Origin: Eledone cirrhosa
Lineage: Eukaryota
NCBI GenBank assembly: GCA_964016885.1
Contig: OZ024755.1
Span: 6,138,001-6,202,000 of the forward strand
Direction: 5' to 3'
DNA length: 64,000 nucleotides
The position numbers and the translations under genes are program-made. Within the stretch, counting starts at the first letter, position 1, and every line of letters begins with the position of its first letter. Below, in pieces: positions 28,692 through 41,202 of this stretch. Below the pieces are notes generated by a model that saw only the letters and a program-made list of their open reading frames with translations, was not told where the DNA came from and searched no databases.

Positions 28692-28870
28692 GTAAACAGA
28701 AATAATAGCACAGTCGGTAGAGTATATGGAAGGGATATATTAGGTTAACGCTTGATATAGCAGGAAGAGGGTGTTAACGTTTCGGACGCTAGTCCTTCAT
28801 CAGAGGAAAGAATGAGAAATAAGATAGATCGAGGGGACGGGCGGGTTGGAATTGGAAAAAAAAATGTCTT
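28687..28870 (-). mobile_element. HHR-bearing short element, family H (copy 1)
   Basis: Minus strand reads CTGATGA-A-GGAC tagc GTCC-GAAACGTT (28803-28776). Homologues lie at 42211-42372 (+) and 63650-63830 (-). Confidence 0.75.
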
Positions 28871-28974
28871 ATCGAGGGTTATCAGAACAAGAAATACTCA
28901 GCACTAATAAAATGAATATTAAAACTCTACTTCGGTATTGAGTACTCCTTTTTCTCAGCCGTCAACCTCATACA

Positions 28975-29187
28975 GATATATATATCTATATGCACACATA
29001 CATATATATATTGTATATATACACACATCTATATATTATATGTATATACACACATATATATATACACACATACATTTATATATATATATATACACATACA
29101 TATATACACACATATATATACACACATACATTCATATATATATATATATATACACATATACATACATATATATACACACATACATTC

Positions 29188-29218
<31 letters not shown>

Positions 29219-29511
29219 TACATATATATACACATATATATATATACACATATACATACATATACACATATACATACATACACATACATACATACACACA
29301 CATATACATACATACATACACATATACATATATATATATATATATATACATATAAACATACATATACACATATACATATACACATATACACATACACATA
29401 CACATATACATATATACACATATACATATATACACATATACATATACACATACACATACACATATACATATACACATATACACATATACATATACACATA
29501 TACACACACAT

Positions 29512-29542
<31 letters not shown>

Positions 29543-29637
29543 CACGCACATCTATACATTATATCTATATACATATATATATACATTATATATATATATA
29601 CATATATATATACACACACATACATCTATAAATTATT

Positions 29638-29669
<32 letters not shown>

Positions 29670-29840
29670 CACACACACATACATCTATACAATATATATA
29701 TACACACACATATACATCTATACACACACACATACATTATATATATACACACACACACATATACATCTATACACACACATACATTATATATATATACACA
29801 CACACACACATATACATCTATACATTATATATATATATAT
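28975..29840. repeat. Compound TA/CA microsatellite
   Basis: Direct reading. Confidence 0.9.
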
Positions 29841-30007
29841 ATTGTTATACTTGGGGAGGGTCATATTTGTGTAATATTGCCAGAATTAATAACAGAACAC
29901 ACTCACTGTTTGGTTCGCGGAAAGCGAAAACCAACCAAACAGTGAGTGTGTTCTGTTATTAATTCTGGCAATATTACACAAATATGACCCTCCCCAAGTA
30001 TAACAAT
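29841..30007. repeat. Palindrome with 75-bp arms and a 17-nt loop
   Basis: 29841-29915 pairs with 29933-30007. The terminus ATGACCCTCCC.AAGTATAACAAT is shared with 5530-5553. Confidence 0.9.
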
Positions 30008-31492
30008 ATTTGTTTCGACACACGATTTCATATAAAAAACCTCGCAAAACTATATATATATACACATATCTATACATTATATATATATGGTAGTTTTCAT
30101 ATTTAGAAAGATAAAATTGATCTTGTGAATATCTATGTAATTAAAATGGTGCTAATCAGCAATAGAGAGTGCATCGCCGCCAGTTACGTTCTGCATTACA
30201 CCTCTCAATACTTACTGCGCAGCCATATTGGATATATACGTAACTACCATAAAAGCTTGGCTTTCTTTAAGTTTACAACTATATTTTATATAGCTGAAAC
30301 ATTTTATATTCACATTATACATATACACCGAATTAGTAATGGCAAGCTCAGATTTTTAGTGCATTTCGCCATAAATATATTTAATGATTGCAGATTGCAC
30401 CATTCGTTGAAATTTAGTTATTATTTTATTTTATTTTATATATTTATATATTTTTGTTCTTTTTAAATAGATAAAAAATAAATTGAAATAAATCTTTACA
30501 CTTCCTTTACCACGTTTGATGCAAATCCAAGTGGAAATTTTTTCACACTCCATAAATGATATACTTTCATAGCTGAGAATATTATTATTATTATTATTGT
30601 TGTTATTATGTAGCTGTTTGTTTATGTTTATACTTGGTTTTGTTCTTTGTTTCACATGATTTCAGGCAAATTGTGCAGGAATCATAATGATAAACAAATT
30701 TACTTTCCTTCAAAATATAATAAATTAATAAATATATATATAATACAGAAATATATATTAAAAAAAAAGAAAAAAAAAAAAAAAAAATCTTGAAACATCT
30801 AAATTCCGAATGAATACTGTTAAACATTTTTTTATTAAACCAACTCATATTTGATATGAAAGCATTTCCTATATAAGTAAGTTATTTAGGAAAAAATTGT
30901 ATGAAAAATCTCTGCGAAAATGTGATAAAATAAAGTTATATATAATAAAATAACGAACAGAAGTTAAGATACATGTTACTACTACTACTACTACCACCAC
31001 CACCACCACCTGTTACTACTACTACTACCACCACCACCACCTGTTACTACTACTACTACCACCACCACCACCACCTGTTACTACTACTACTACTACTCTC
31101 TCTCTCCTCTTTTCACATATCTCGTCTTTCTCTCCACCCACTCACTTCATCATACTACTACTTTTACTACCATTACCACCAGCACTACTACTACCACTAC
31201 TACCACCACCACCACAACTATTAGTACTTTTTAAATAAAAAATATATATGGATTAGTTTTTCTAGGAAGCTATATGTAACATTATTATTCTGTCTGTATG
31301 TTTCAATTATGTGCAATTGATACAGTATCAATATTTTGGAGAGAATTTTACAAGCTCGTAAACTGTAGCGTGTGTCACATCTTTAGCAAATCAGCAATTT
31401 ATTCCCGTTTATCTATTTATTTTGGTTTTGTAATCGTTAGTTGAAGGTGGCTAGGTGTCAGTATTGAATGCGACTCTAGAATGGTGTTTCGG

Positions 31493-31785
31493 GTGACGTT
31501 ATGCGATAGAGTCTTTGGACTGACGTTATTTGGTAGAGTTTTGTAGTGACGTTATGCGATAGAATCTTTGGGGGTGACGTTATTTGGTAGCGTTTTTGGA
31601 GTGACCTTATTTGGCAGAGTTTTTGTTGTGACATTATACTATAGAGTTTTTGTAGTGACGTTATTTGGTAGAGTTTTGGGGGTTGACGTTATACGATAGA
31701 GTCTTTGGGATGACGTTATTTGGTAGAGTCTTTGGGGTGACGTTATTTGGTAGAGTTTTTGTAGTGACGTTATATGATAGAGTCT
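31493..31785. repeat. ~27-28-bp minisatellite (GTGACGTTATTTGGTAGAGTTTTT..)
   Basis: About 11 tandem units. Confidence 0.9.
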
Positions 31786-31794
31786 TATATATAT

Positions 31795-31987
31795 AACAAA
31801 GTAAATTGGTAAGGAACCAGATGGATCATAACGCACCAGAGTACTCAATACTTAGGGTAGTAGAGTGGGAAATAGGAAAAAGTATGACCCCGACGGCAGA
31901 GCTCAAGCCGTTTCGACGGCTATTTCCGGACGTCCAGAAATAGCCGCCGAAACGGCTTGAGCTCTGCCGTCGGGGTCATACTTTTTC
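31795..31987 (-). mobile_element. Family A copy with 56-bp-arm palindrome (31876-31987)
   Basis: Axis between 31931 and 31932, with TA flanks. Confidence 0.85.
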
Positions 31988-32025
<38 letters not shown>

Positions 32026-32115
32026 TTCTGTAAAGTGGTAGCTATGGCGCTTCCGTAGGCGGTATGCCAAAATTACCACTCGATATTCATCAGAGTAGAG
32101 TGTATATATATATAT

Positions 32116-32368
32116 CAAGAAAACGAAAAATCAGTGATTCATCTGGACTTAGTTTATTTCTTGTTACAAATGTTTCGCCGGCATGTAGCTCGAGTCATGG
32201 TCCTTGTATGGATCTGGCTGATTCTACTTCTGCGGGTTCTTTCAGACACGTCTGAAGTAGAATCAGCCAAATCCATACAAGGACCATGACTCGAGTTACA
32301 TGCCGGCGAAACATTTGTAACAAGAAATAAACTAAGTCCAGATGCATCTCTGACTTTTCGTTTTCTTG
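32116..32368. repeat. Palindrome with 115-bp arms
   Basis: 32116-32230 pairs with 32254-32368. The tail is homologous to about 18310-18392. Confidence 0.9.
32162..32248 (-). ncRNA. Hammerhead-like motif with long stem II region, in palindrome 32116-32368
   Basis: TGT-CTGAAAGA...GCCGGC-GAAAC ATTT GT-A-ACA followed by AATAAA. The core has one extra A. Confidence 0.5.
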
Positions 32369-32404
32369 ATATATATATATATATATACTATCTCAAAGGT
32401 ATAT

Positions 32405-32620
32405 ATTGAGTTAGAAACTCAAAATAGTCTTCTTACAATTAAATAGCTCAAAGAAAGAGGTTTTTCTGAGCCGTGTACTATAATTGAATATAAAAGAGAG
32501 ATAAACACAGATATATACATATATGTGTTCAAATCGTAATGGAGCAGATTCGCTAGGGTGAAAAAAATCTGGTTCCTTACGATTTGAACGCATATCTGTG
32601 TTTATCTATCTTTTATATTC

Positions 32621-32627
<7 letters not shown>
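32405..32627 (-). repeat. Hairpin-plus-tail element, family G
   Basis: Imperfect palindrome plus a tail shared (inverted) with 41203-41620. Confidence 0.7.
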
Positions 32628-32660
<33 letters not shown>

Positions 32661-32768
32661 GTAATCTGAGTTTTTCGAATATTAATAATAACATTCGATT
32701 CGTTTGCAATATGCAAACAAGCCTCAATTTTATAGCCATGTCAGTAGAATGAACTTTTCATTCTTGCT

Positions 32769-32844
32769 GGCATGTGAACAGAACTGCAGACACTAATGTT
32801 TCTGGCTATCACCCTTCATCAGTACAACTCACTGTTCACCTGCC
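32769..32844 (-). ncRNA. Type I hammerhead ribozyme with extended stem I
   Basis: TGTA-CTGATGA-aGG..CCa-GAAAC A ttag T GT-C-TGCA. Flanks 32769-32781 and 32832-32844 pair further. Confidence 0.75.
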
Positions 32845-32975
32845 AACTGTCAGAGCTAGTGAAAATATATGCTATTTTCTAAAATACACAGTGACGCATC
32901 GGCCTGATTTGCATATTAGCAGACTGCTGGCTTTTCAGTCAGATCTGCATATCAGCAGCCTGGCCAGCCAGTTTC

Positions 32976-33014
<39 letters not shown>

Positions 33015-33934
33015 GAAGGAATTGTGGTAAGGAACCAGATGGACCATAACGCACAAAGTACTCAATACTTAGGGTAGTAGAGTGGGTAATAGGAACAAGT
33101 ATGACTCCGACGGCTTGAGCTCTATTATATATATATACATATTTCATTTTTTAAACATTGGAGACATGCATATTTGCAGGCCCAAACTATCTTTTTTCAG
33201 ACCCGGTATATTTTCTGTATGACTGGTTTGATTCATCAAGAGAAATCAGCCACAGAACTACATTAATAAGTGACAGCATTTAAACTATTGAACAAATAGA
33301 ATAAAATATTAAAGGGCTTCCTAACACTTTTGCGTAATGAAATGCAATGAATAATAAAGAAAGTTTTGAAATAGCTGCTGTATTTGATCTCAAGGAAAGA
33401 AAAATATATATAAAGTATTCAGAGAATATTATATTCAAAGTATGAAATAAAATTAAGCCAAATGCGCAAATAAGCAGTTGTTAAGTTACATAAGTTGATA
33501 TGTCATGCAGTACTGACCATAGATTGCGTCAGACTATTCACTTAGAAATAAAACAGGAAACTAGAAAATTACACCAGATCTATGCTAGAATGTACACGTT
33601 CATAAACATATAAGAAAGTTTAAGCTTATACACCATATGAGTTCAATATATGTATTTATTCTTTTTATATATAATTTCCCAGAGTATAATTGCTAGTGAA
33701 GCCGGCGATTTGAATCTTAGAACATGGAGAACTGGGTTCATGACTTAATTTTGATATTATGTTGAAGATGTATAACTTCACAGACGTAACTAACAGCACC
33801 ACAGAAATAAAAAAAAAATGTACCTCTAGGAAAACAGTTGACAGGTCAGAAAATAACGTAAGGAAACTACTGATATTTGAATGTTACACGAAAGTCATGG
33901 CGAAAATGTGAGATGCCACACATACCTTTGCACA

Positions 33935-34404
33935 TCTATATCTATATATAATTATCTATATCTAATATAAAAGATTGGAACTCCCATCATCCTTTTGAAA
34001 AACGTGGACCAACCTTGGTTATGCAATGGCATACGCTTTACAGTCAGGAGGGTTATGAACCATGTCCTAGAGGTCCCTATTCTTGGAGGATATCATCAAG
34101 GAGAAAATGTATTTGTTCCCAAGATTCCTCTTGTTCTTTCCTCTACCGAGCTGCCATTCAAATTCTCAAGACTCCAATTCCCTGTTAGAACAAGTTTTAC
34201 TTTGACCATAAATAAAGTGCAGGGTCAGAGTCTCAAAGTTGTAGGATTGAATATGAGGGAATCAACTTTTATGGACAGTTATGGACAGTTATATGTAGGT
34301 TGTTCACGAGTGGGAACATCTAGAAATCTTCATATACTATGCATGAACGGTAAACCGAAGAATGTGGTGTATATTCTAGAAGATTCTTTACTGTTTATGT
34401 TTAG

Positions 34405-34448
<44 letters not shown>

Positions 34449-34552
34449 TAACCTCATAATGTAAACCAGACAACACATCCAATACAGTCATTTTATTTTC
34501 TACCTCTCTTATCTTATCTGTTTACCCGGGCAAAGCTGGGTAGGGCAGCTAG
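33935..34552 (+). mobile_element. Internally deleted (non-autonomous) Helitron retaining the PIF1-type helicase C-terminus
   Basis: 5' A|TCTATATCTATATA terminus. Frame 33971 to about 34372 reads KIGTPIILLKN...LCNG.R...RLQFPVR..F.LTINK.QGQSL..VG...GQLYVGCSRV (RepHel helicase C-terminal motifs). 3' hairpin TACCCGGGCAAAGCTGGGTA is followed by CTAG|T. Confidence 0.88.
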
Positions 34553-35019
34553 TATTACTATGATAATAAGTGGACAACTAAGTGAGATAAACAGTACATA
34601 GAGAACAGAAGCATATCTTGAGATTATTTTTAACCTGATAGAAGTGAAAACTGTTGTCAAGGAAAAAGGAAATTATAAATTATAATATATATTTATAATG
34701 TAATTTAATTTAATAACACGCTCAGAAATAATATAATAGACATGAAAATATGTATATATATATACGCATATATATATATGCACATATATATATATATATA
34801 CGTAAATCTATATCATTATGCATAGATATATACGTATATCTATATCATTATGCATAGATATATACGTATATATATATGCATATATATATGTGTATGTATT
34901 TATGTGTGTTTATTGTATAAATGTATGTATATATATCTATGTATGTATTTATATATGTATAAGTACATATATGTATGTACACACATATATATGTACACAG
35001 ACTCACATACATATGTGTA

Positions 35020-35074
<55 letters not shown>

Positions 35075-36420
35075 ATAAACGGAAGTTAAATGCATGTATA
35101 TATATATATTCGTGTGTAATTTAGAAGCAGTCAAACAGAAATAATTACGGTGAAATTTATATTTTATTTACCGAGATGCTACATCAGCATCAAATTATTA
35201 ACTCCAAGATCTTCAGTCCCGTCTCAAGAAATGAGATTTAATAGGAAAATTAGAAGACATCACTTTCTTTGCTGCCATTCTTTCTCTCCCTTCACCATAG
35301 AGAATAATATGACAAAGACATTTCACCACATAGATTGATCTATGTGCCAGCTATAATTTTCTTCTCATCGTATGCGTGTGTGTGTGCATATATATATATA
35401 TACACACACCACCGTCGCCATCTTTAACAGAGCAATACACTACCACTACCATCACTACCACTACTCCTACCAACAATAACCACAAGCCCTCTTTGTACTA
35501 TCGCCATTAGTAATTACTTTCTATCAATGGTTTCGTCTTATTGTAGTCCCTCTTATTGCCATGACGATGTTCATCATCCTTCATTGAAACATAAACACCA
35601 CCGCCATCTTTATCATCATTAAGCAAAACAAAATATCATTATTGATCATCGCTGTGCCTTATATGATTGCCGAATTACATGATCATCATCAGCCTCAGCG
35701 TTGAGTTATCACCCCTATTATCAATAACTTCTTAAAATTTTCTCTTCATCATTAATTACCCAGCCTATCTCATTCTCCCGTTATTACTATCTTTCTTCTT
35801 AATTTGTCTCAATTTCTCTCCTTCTCATTATTGCACACCACTTGATGTTCCCTTTCCTTAGTTGCTGCACTAAACTCCATTACAGGATGATTGTCATTCA
35901 AGTACCATTTGAAGAGCTCATACGGTTCGATAGATTTCCAATGATGTACTCATTAACTGACATTGTGTTACACATCATCTATTCCAATTAATGAATACTT
36001 CTTTCATAACACATTTTAACTTGCATTCATCAATAAAAATGACATTCCCTTAAAATGTTAATTCAGAGAATGAAATTGTGTTCCATTACTCTACCTACTT
36101 ATGGTGTCGTAGCGGCGCCGTTTTGGGTATTCAAATATGGAGTCGCTCTCTCTTTCTGCAGAGAAGACTACTGTCGATATCATCAATGGAATAAGGAGCC
36201 GGAGAGAAAGTAAGAAATATAGATATAAAAACAATCACCCCCGGTATTGGACACATATTTTATCTATCAACATCGAAAGGATGAAAGGATAAAATTCGAA
36301 AACTGGAACAAATTCTGTTCCCTTTGTCCAGCTGAATGTGTACGAAGGTTACATGAAATTTGAAAACATACTGACACACACACACTCACCTTCCCATATA
36401 TATATATATATATATATATA

Positions 36421-36617
36421 GCGAAGGAAGTGTGGTGAGGGAACAGGTGGGTCATAAGGCACCAGAGTACACGATACTTTGGGTAGTAGAGTGGGTAATA
36501 GGAAAATATTCAGGACCCCGACGGCAGAGCTCGAGCCATTTCGACGGCTATTTCTTCTCCAGAAATAGCCGTCGAAACGGCTTGAGCTCTGCCGTCGGGG
36601 TTATGAACCTTTTCCTA
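36421..36617 (-). mobile_element. Family A copy
   Basis: Same tail and hairpin, with TA flanks. Confidence 0.8.
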
Positions 36618-37600
36618 CATATATATAATATATATATATATATATATAACTTGATATATTTTCAGGTGCCAAAGAGAAGGGAAGTTTCGTAGGTGTCACA
36701 ATCAATCGCGTACACTCTGCTTCCTATGGAATTTATGCTAATTCCTAATGTATGTTTACTGTTATAATTCGAGAAAAGGCTAGAAATATTTGTAGAAACT
36801 ATATTCTATACATATAACATATAAGAGAAATAATGCCATACAGTATTGAATTAAGGATTAAAATATGGATACTTGAAAATCCTGTTATTTCGCCAGCTGT
36901 TGTGGATTAGCCGAGAAAACTTTGAACTATTTCTATATATAGTAGTATATAAATATCAAAAGAAAGATAGAAAAGAAAAAAATGAAAATGTTAGGGAAAG
37001 AAAACAAAACAAAAAACATAATAAATGTGAATCCTTATCCCATATGAAAATGACGGTCGGTTGAAGAGGATGAATGCAACGAAGTGTAAAGTGAAAAATA
37101 GATTAAAACATAAAAGAAGAAATGAAACAGCTTTGATGAATCTGTGCAACATGGCGGAGTATTATCCTCCACAAAAATATGAACAGTGACAAATAAAATG
37201 AAATTTAAATAAAGGAGAAAAAAGAGAGAAATTGTGATTCAGCTATCTGAATTGCTTACAACACCAATAAAATATTGAGTTGAAGCATCCCTAAATGATT
37301 GGTGTATAGTTAATCTAATAATATTAAAGATATATACTGTGATTTATCAGGATTTAAATATCTAAGTCACGTTACATATTTGAGTGTATACGTGTAGCAT
37401 ATACTCATTCATATAGTTATACGCATGCATGCATACACACTCGTGTATATATATGCGTCCAAGCATACATTCGTTCAAAAGCTTTAGAGATACACACACA
37501 TATATATATATATATATAAGTTTATGCCGGGTTCAATCGGGGGTAACAACAGTAAGTAAGGTACTCAATACAAAGCAGAGTATAAATATTTAATATAGAA

Positions 37601-37653
37601 AAGCTTCTACAGGTCTAGAACTGTTTCATTCGTGAGAAATCATCAGGAAGCTT
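37601..37653 (-). ncRNA. Type I hammerhead ribozyme in loop-less palindrome 37594-37707
   Basis: AAGCTTC-CTGATGA-tTTCtcacGAAt-GAAACAG ttctagac CTGT-A-GAAGCTT. Stem I is 7 bp with a GUA site. Confidence 0.82.
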
Positions 37654-37702
37654 CCCGATAATTTCTCACGAATGAAACAGTTCTAGTCATGTAGAAGCTT
37701 TT

Positions 37703-37757
<55 letters not shown>

Positions 37758-37980
37758 AATTTCGCCCTACATGGCTGAATACAATAAATGTAATCTGAGT
37801 TTTTCGAATATTAATAATAACATTCGATTCGTTTGCAATAATGCAAAAAAGCCCCATTTTTAGAGCCATGACAGTAGAATGAACCCTTCATTCTTGCTCT
37901 TGAGTTGGCATATATATATATATATATATATGCCAACACACATATATATATATAGATATATATATATGTATATATATATA

Positions 37981-38082
37981 CAGGGTGTCGTCCCCCAGAA
38001 TGTGTACACAAATGAATGCATTCTAATAAATATTGCCTGTAGAGGTAATAAACGTGCGTATACATTTTTGAGAGACACCCTG
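37981..38082. mobile_element. Tc1/mariner-type MITE
   Basis: TA|CAGGGTGTC...GACACCCTG|TA terminal inverted repeats, with further imperfect pairing (AATGTGTAC/GTATACATT). Confidence 0.75.
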
Positions 38083-38330
38083 TATATATATTTACTGTAT
38101 ATATATATATTAACAAAAAAAAAAAAAAAATTATGAAAAATATGAAACCAAATTTCATTTCGACATCAGTTGGTATATTTATCATGTCAGCATCTTTCGG
38201 AATATTCTCAAGTTTATATTGAAAATGGCAAGAAGAAAAAAAGGTGTTTGGCTAAGTATTTTTATTATTCTGATTATTTGATTGAAAGCTAAAAATATGG
38301 ATTGTATCATTGCACCTTTGGCTTTGTGAA

Positions 38331-38600
38331 GGTGCATGGCTGCTTAGTGGTTAGAGCATTGGGCTTGCAATCGAAAGGTCGTGAGTTCAATTCTCGGACC
38401 GGGTGATGTGTTGTTTCCTTGAGCAAGACACTTAATTTCTCATTGCCCCAGTCCATTGTGAAGATGCATGGCTTAGTGGTTAGAGCATTGGGCTTGCAAT
38501 CGAAAGGTTGTGAGTTCAATTCTTGGACCGGGTGATGTGTTGTTTCCTTGAGCAAGACACTTTATTTCACGTTGCTCCAGTTTACCCAGCTGTAGAAATG
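38331..38600 (+). mobile_element. Second tRNA-derived SINE family (CORE-like), tandem-duplicated head
   Basis: Two copies of GCATGGCTTAGTGGTTAGAGC (A box)...GAGTTCAATTC (B box)...TTTCCTTGAGCAAGACACTT. Diverged relatives lie at about 60497-60850 and 63424-63545. Confidence 0.75.
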
Positions 38601-40151
38601 AGATGATAGGACTGGGATCCCTATCATTAAATTACCCAAGACACCTCCAACGAGATATACCTTGGAGGAGGCCAGCTAAACCTGTATAGGTGTGAGCTGC
38701 AACAACAACAACAACAACAACAACAACCTTGGGCTTTAAGTTTACTGTTGAATCTCTCATATTATTCTTTGAAAATAATTTCAAGCTGGAAGGTGAGAAA
38801 CGGGAAAGAAAGAAAGAGAGATAGAGAAGGCAGACAGAGGGGTAAGGAGAGAGAGAAAGAGGACTAGAGAGAGTGAGAAGGACTAGAGAGAGTGAGAAGG
38901 ACTAGAGAGAGTGAGGGGAACAGAGAGAGTGAGGGGAACAGAGAGAGTGAGGGGAACAGAGAGAGTGAGGGGAACAGAGAGAGTGAGAGGTGTCAGAGTT
39001 GTTTTACCCTCTCATAAACACATCAAAGGTAGATGAAGGTGACAGGTTAAATGTAGGTATATTTACCAATATGACTATATATCTATTTATCTATCTACCA
39101 ATGTGACTATCTATCTATTTATCTATCTACCTACTTACCTATCTATCCATCTATCTATCTACTTACCTATCTATCCATCTATCTATCTACTTACCTATCT
39201 ATCCATCTATCTATCTACCTACTTACCTATCTATCCATCTATCTATCTACCTACTTACCTATCTATCCATTTATCTATCTACCTACTTATCTATCCATCC
39301 ATCCATCCATCCATCTACTTATCTATTTAGCCATTGGCAGGGGGAAGCTGTAAGCATATCTTCCCCTTTCCTCCTTCGAATGTTGGTGAAGAAGCTTCAG
39401 CCATTTTTTTAAAATGTTAGCTTTTCCAAAAAAACAAACTTTTTATGTACTATTTCGCCTAAAGGCGTAGAATATTTTGAGAGACTGACCAGATCAAAAT
39501 TTCACCTGGCAGTCCCTCTACAAGTTGATATAAAAATGAAGGTTCACAGTTAGGAATTTCTCCATCTATCTATCCATCTATCCATCTATTTATGTATCTA
39601 CCTACACATGACCCTATCCACCAACCTATATATAACTATCAATGAGTGATTTCAATTCAGGTACAGTGTGGTGGAATATTTACCGAGATATTTCACTCGG
39701 TGCTCTTACAACTCTGTCAAATCATTGTTTCTTTGATCCGATCTGACAACCAACTTCTTTACACCTTTCACATCAATATATGACGTTTTTCAATTACGAG
39801 AGATATATTTTAAAAGTCCAAATAAATTCTTAAGTTGATATTAATTTCCGGTTTGACGTTGAACCTTCTCATCTTAGGCAATTTTGTCTTTCAAATATTT
39901 TCCTGTATAATTATTCTATATTTTTGATTCCTCTCCTATAAATCTTCCCTAAGTTCTTCTAATACTTCTTCACATCTTATTCATCTTGTTTTTATTATTT
40001 GTTGATATTTCCACGAATAGTAATTTAATTTGGTTTCGGTCTACTTCGCAGTAGCAATGTTTTGATAGTAATATCAAAAAGCATTTGCACTTTATCAGCA
40101 GTAAACCGAGGAAAAATCTGCAATAATCACAACACAGAAAAGTTCAGGAAT

Positions 40152-40184
<33 letters not shown>

Positions 40185-40508
40185 CACGTATATATATATA
40201 AACGTATGTATGTATCTGTGTATGAATATATGTATGTATGTATGTTGTAATAACACAACAATCTACCAAGGAGTTAGATTAGTGACGTCAATGAAGACGC
40301 TTAACACAAGTGATGTATGTTATATTTTTATCAGTCACAGGAGCAAGGTTGTTACACACGGTGAACTGCCATGACAGGGGTCCTTAACTCCTGTGGGGAG
40401 CTGAAAGAGCAGCACCATCATTACATACGTTATGCCTTGGGCGTTAGAAACCTGGCGAAACCCATCCCTTTCCACGTCATCGAAACACACAAGATGTTTC
40501 CCAAAGAA

Positions 40509-40552
<44 letters not shown>

Positions 40553-40554
<2 letters not shown>

Positions 40555-40741
40555 CGAAGGAAATGTGGTAAGGAACCAGACGGACCATAACGCACCAAAG
40601 TACTCAATACTTAGGGTAGTAGAGTGGGTAATAGGAACGAGTAGAACCCCGACGGCTGAGCTCAAGCCGTTTCGACGGCTAATTCTGGAGTAAAAAAAAA
40701 AAACGGCTTGAGCTCAGCCGTCGGGGTCCTACTCGTTCCTA
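40553..40741 (-). mobile_element. Family A copy
   Basis: Arms at 40632-40672 and 40701-40741, with TA flanks. Confidence 0.85.
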
Positions 40742-41202
40742 TATATATATATATATATAGATATATATATATATATATATATAGTAATAATAATAATAAA
40801 TCCAAAGAGGGCTCGATAAGGATAAATATATATCAAATGTATAAGAACATTAGAACAAATATGTATTAAAATAATAGATTTTAATAGAGAATAGAAGAAG
40901 AATTCACCCCAGTAATTAAATTGAATTGTATTAACAGAATTATTTGAAACAATGAAAAGCAGAGCTGACCTTGGCAAGGTTTGACTACACGGTGGAGAGA
41001 CTCGGAACGAATATCACCAGCTACTATCCGACGCTCTCAACCTTTTAACAATTCCCTGCTTATTGACCACACTATGTAGGAATATTCAAAGAACAAAGAA
41101 TACGGATGGTGGTGTTGGTGGTATATTTATATATATATATATATCAATGTGCATTTATATATATATATATGAATATAAGTGTGTGTGTTTATATCTCTGT
41201 AT

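Noticed and set aside
33995-34459. Host PIF1 helicase gene
   Set aside because: It is an intronless C-terminal fragment bounded by Helitron termini, so it is annotated as a mobile element.
38331-38410. tRNA gene
   Set aside because: A and B boxes are present, but there is no closed cloverleaf. It continues into a SINE body and is duplicated.
40400-40510. CTGAAAGA followed by several GAAAC motifs
   Set aside because: I could not assign consistent stems.
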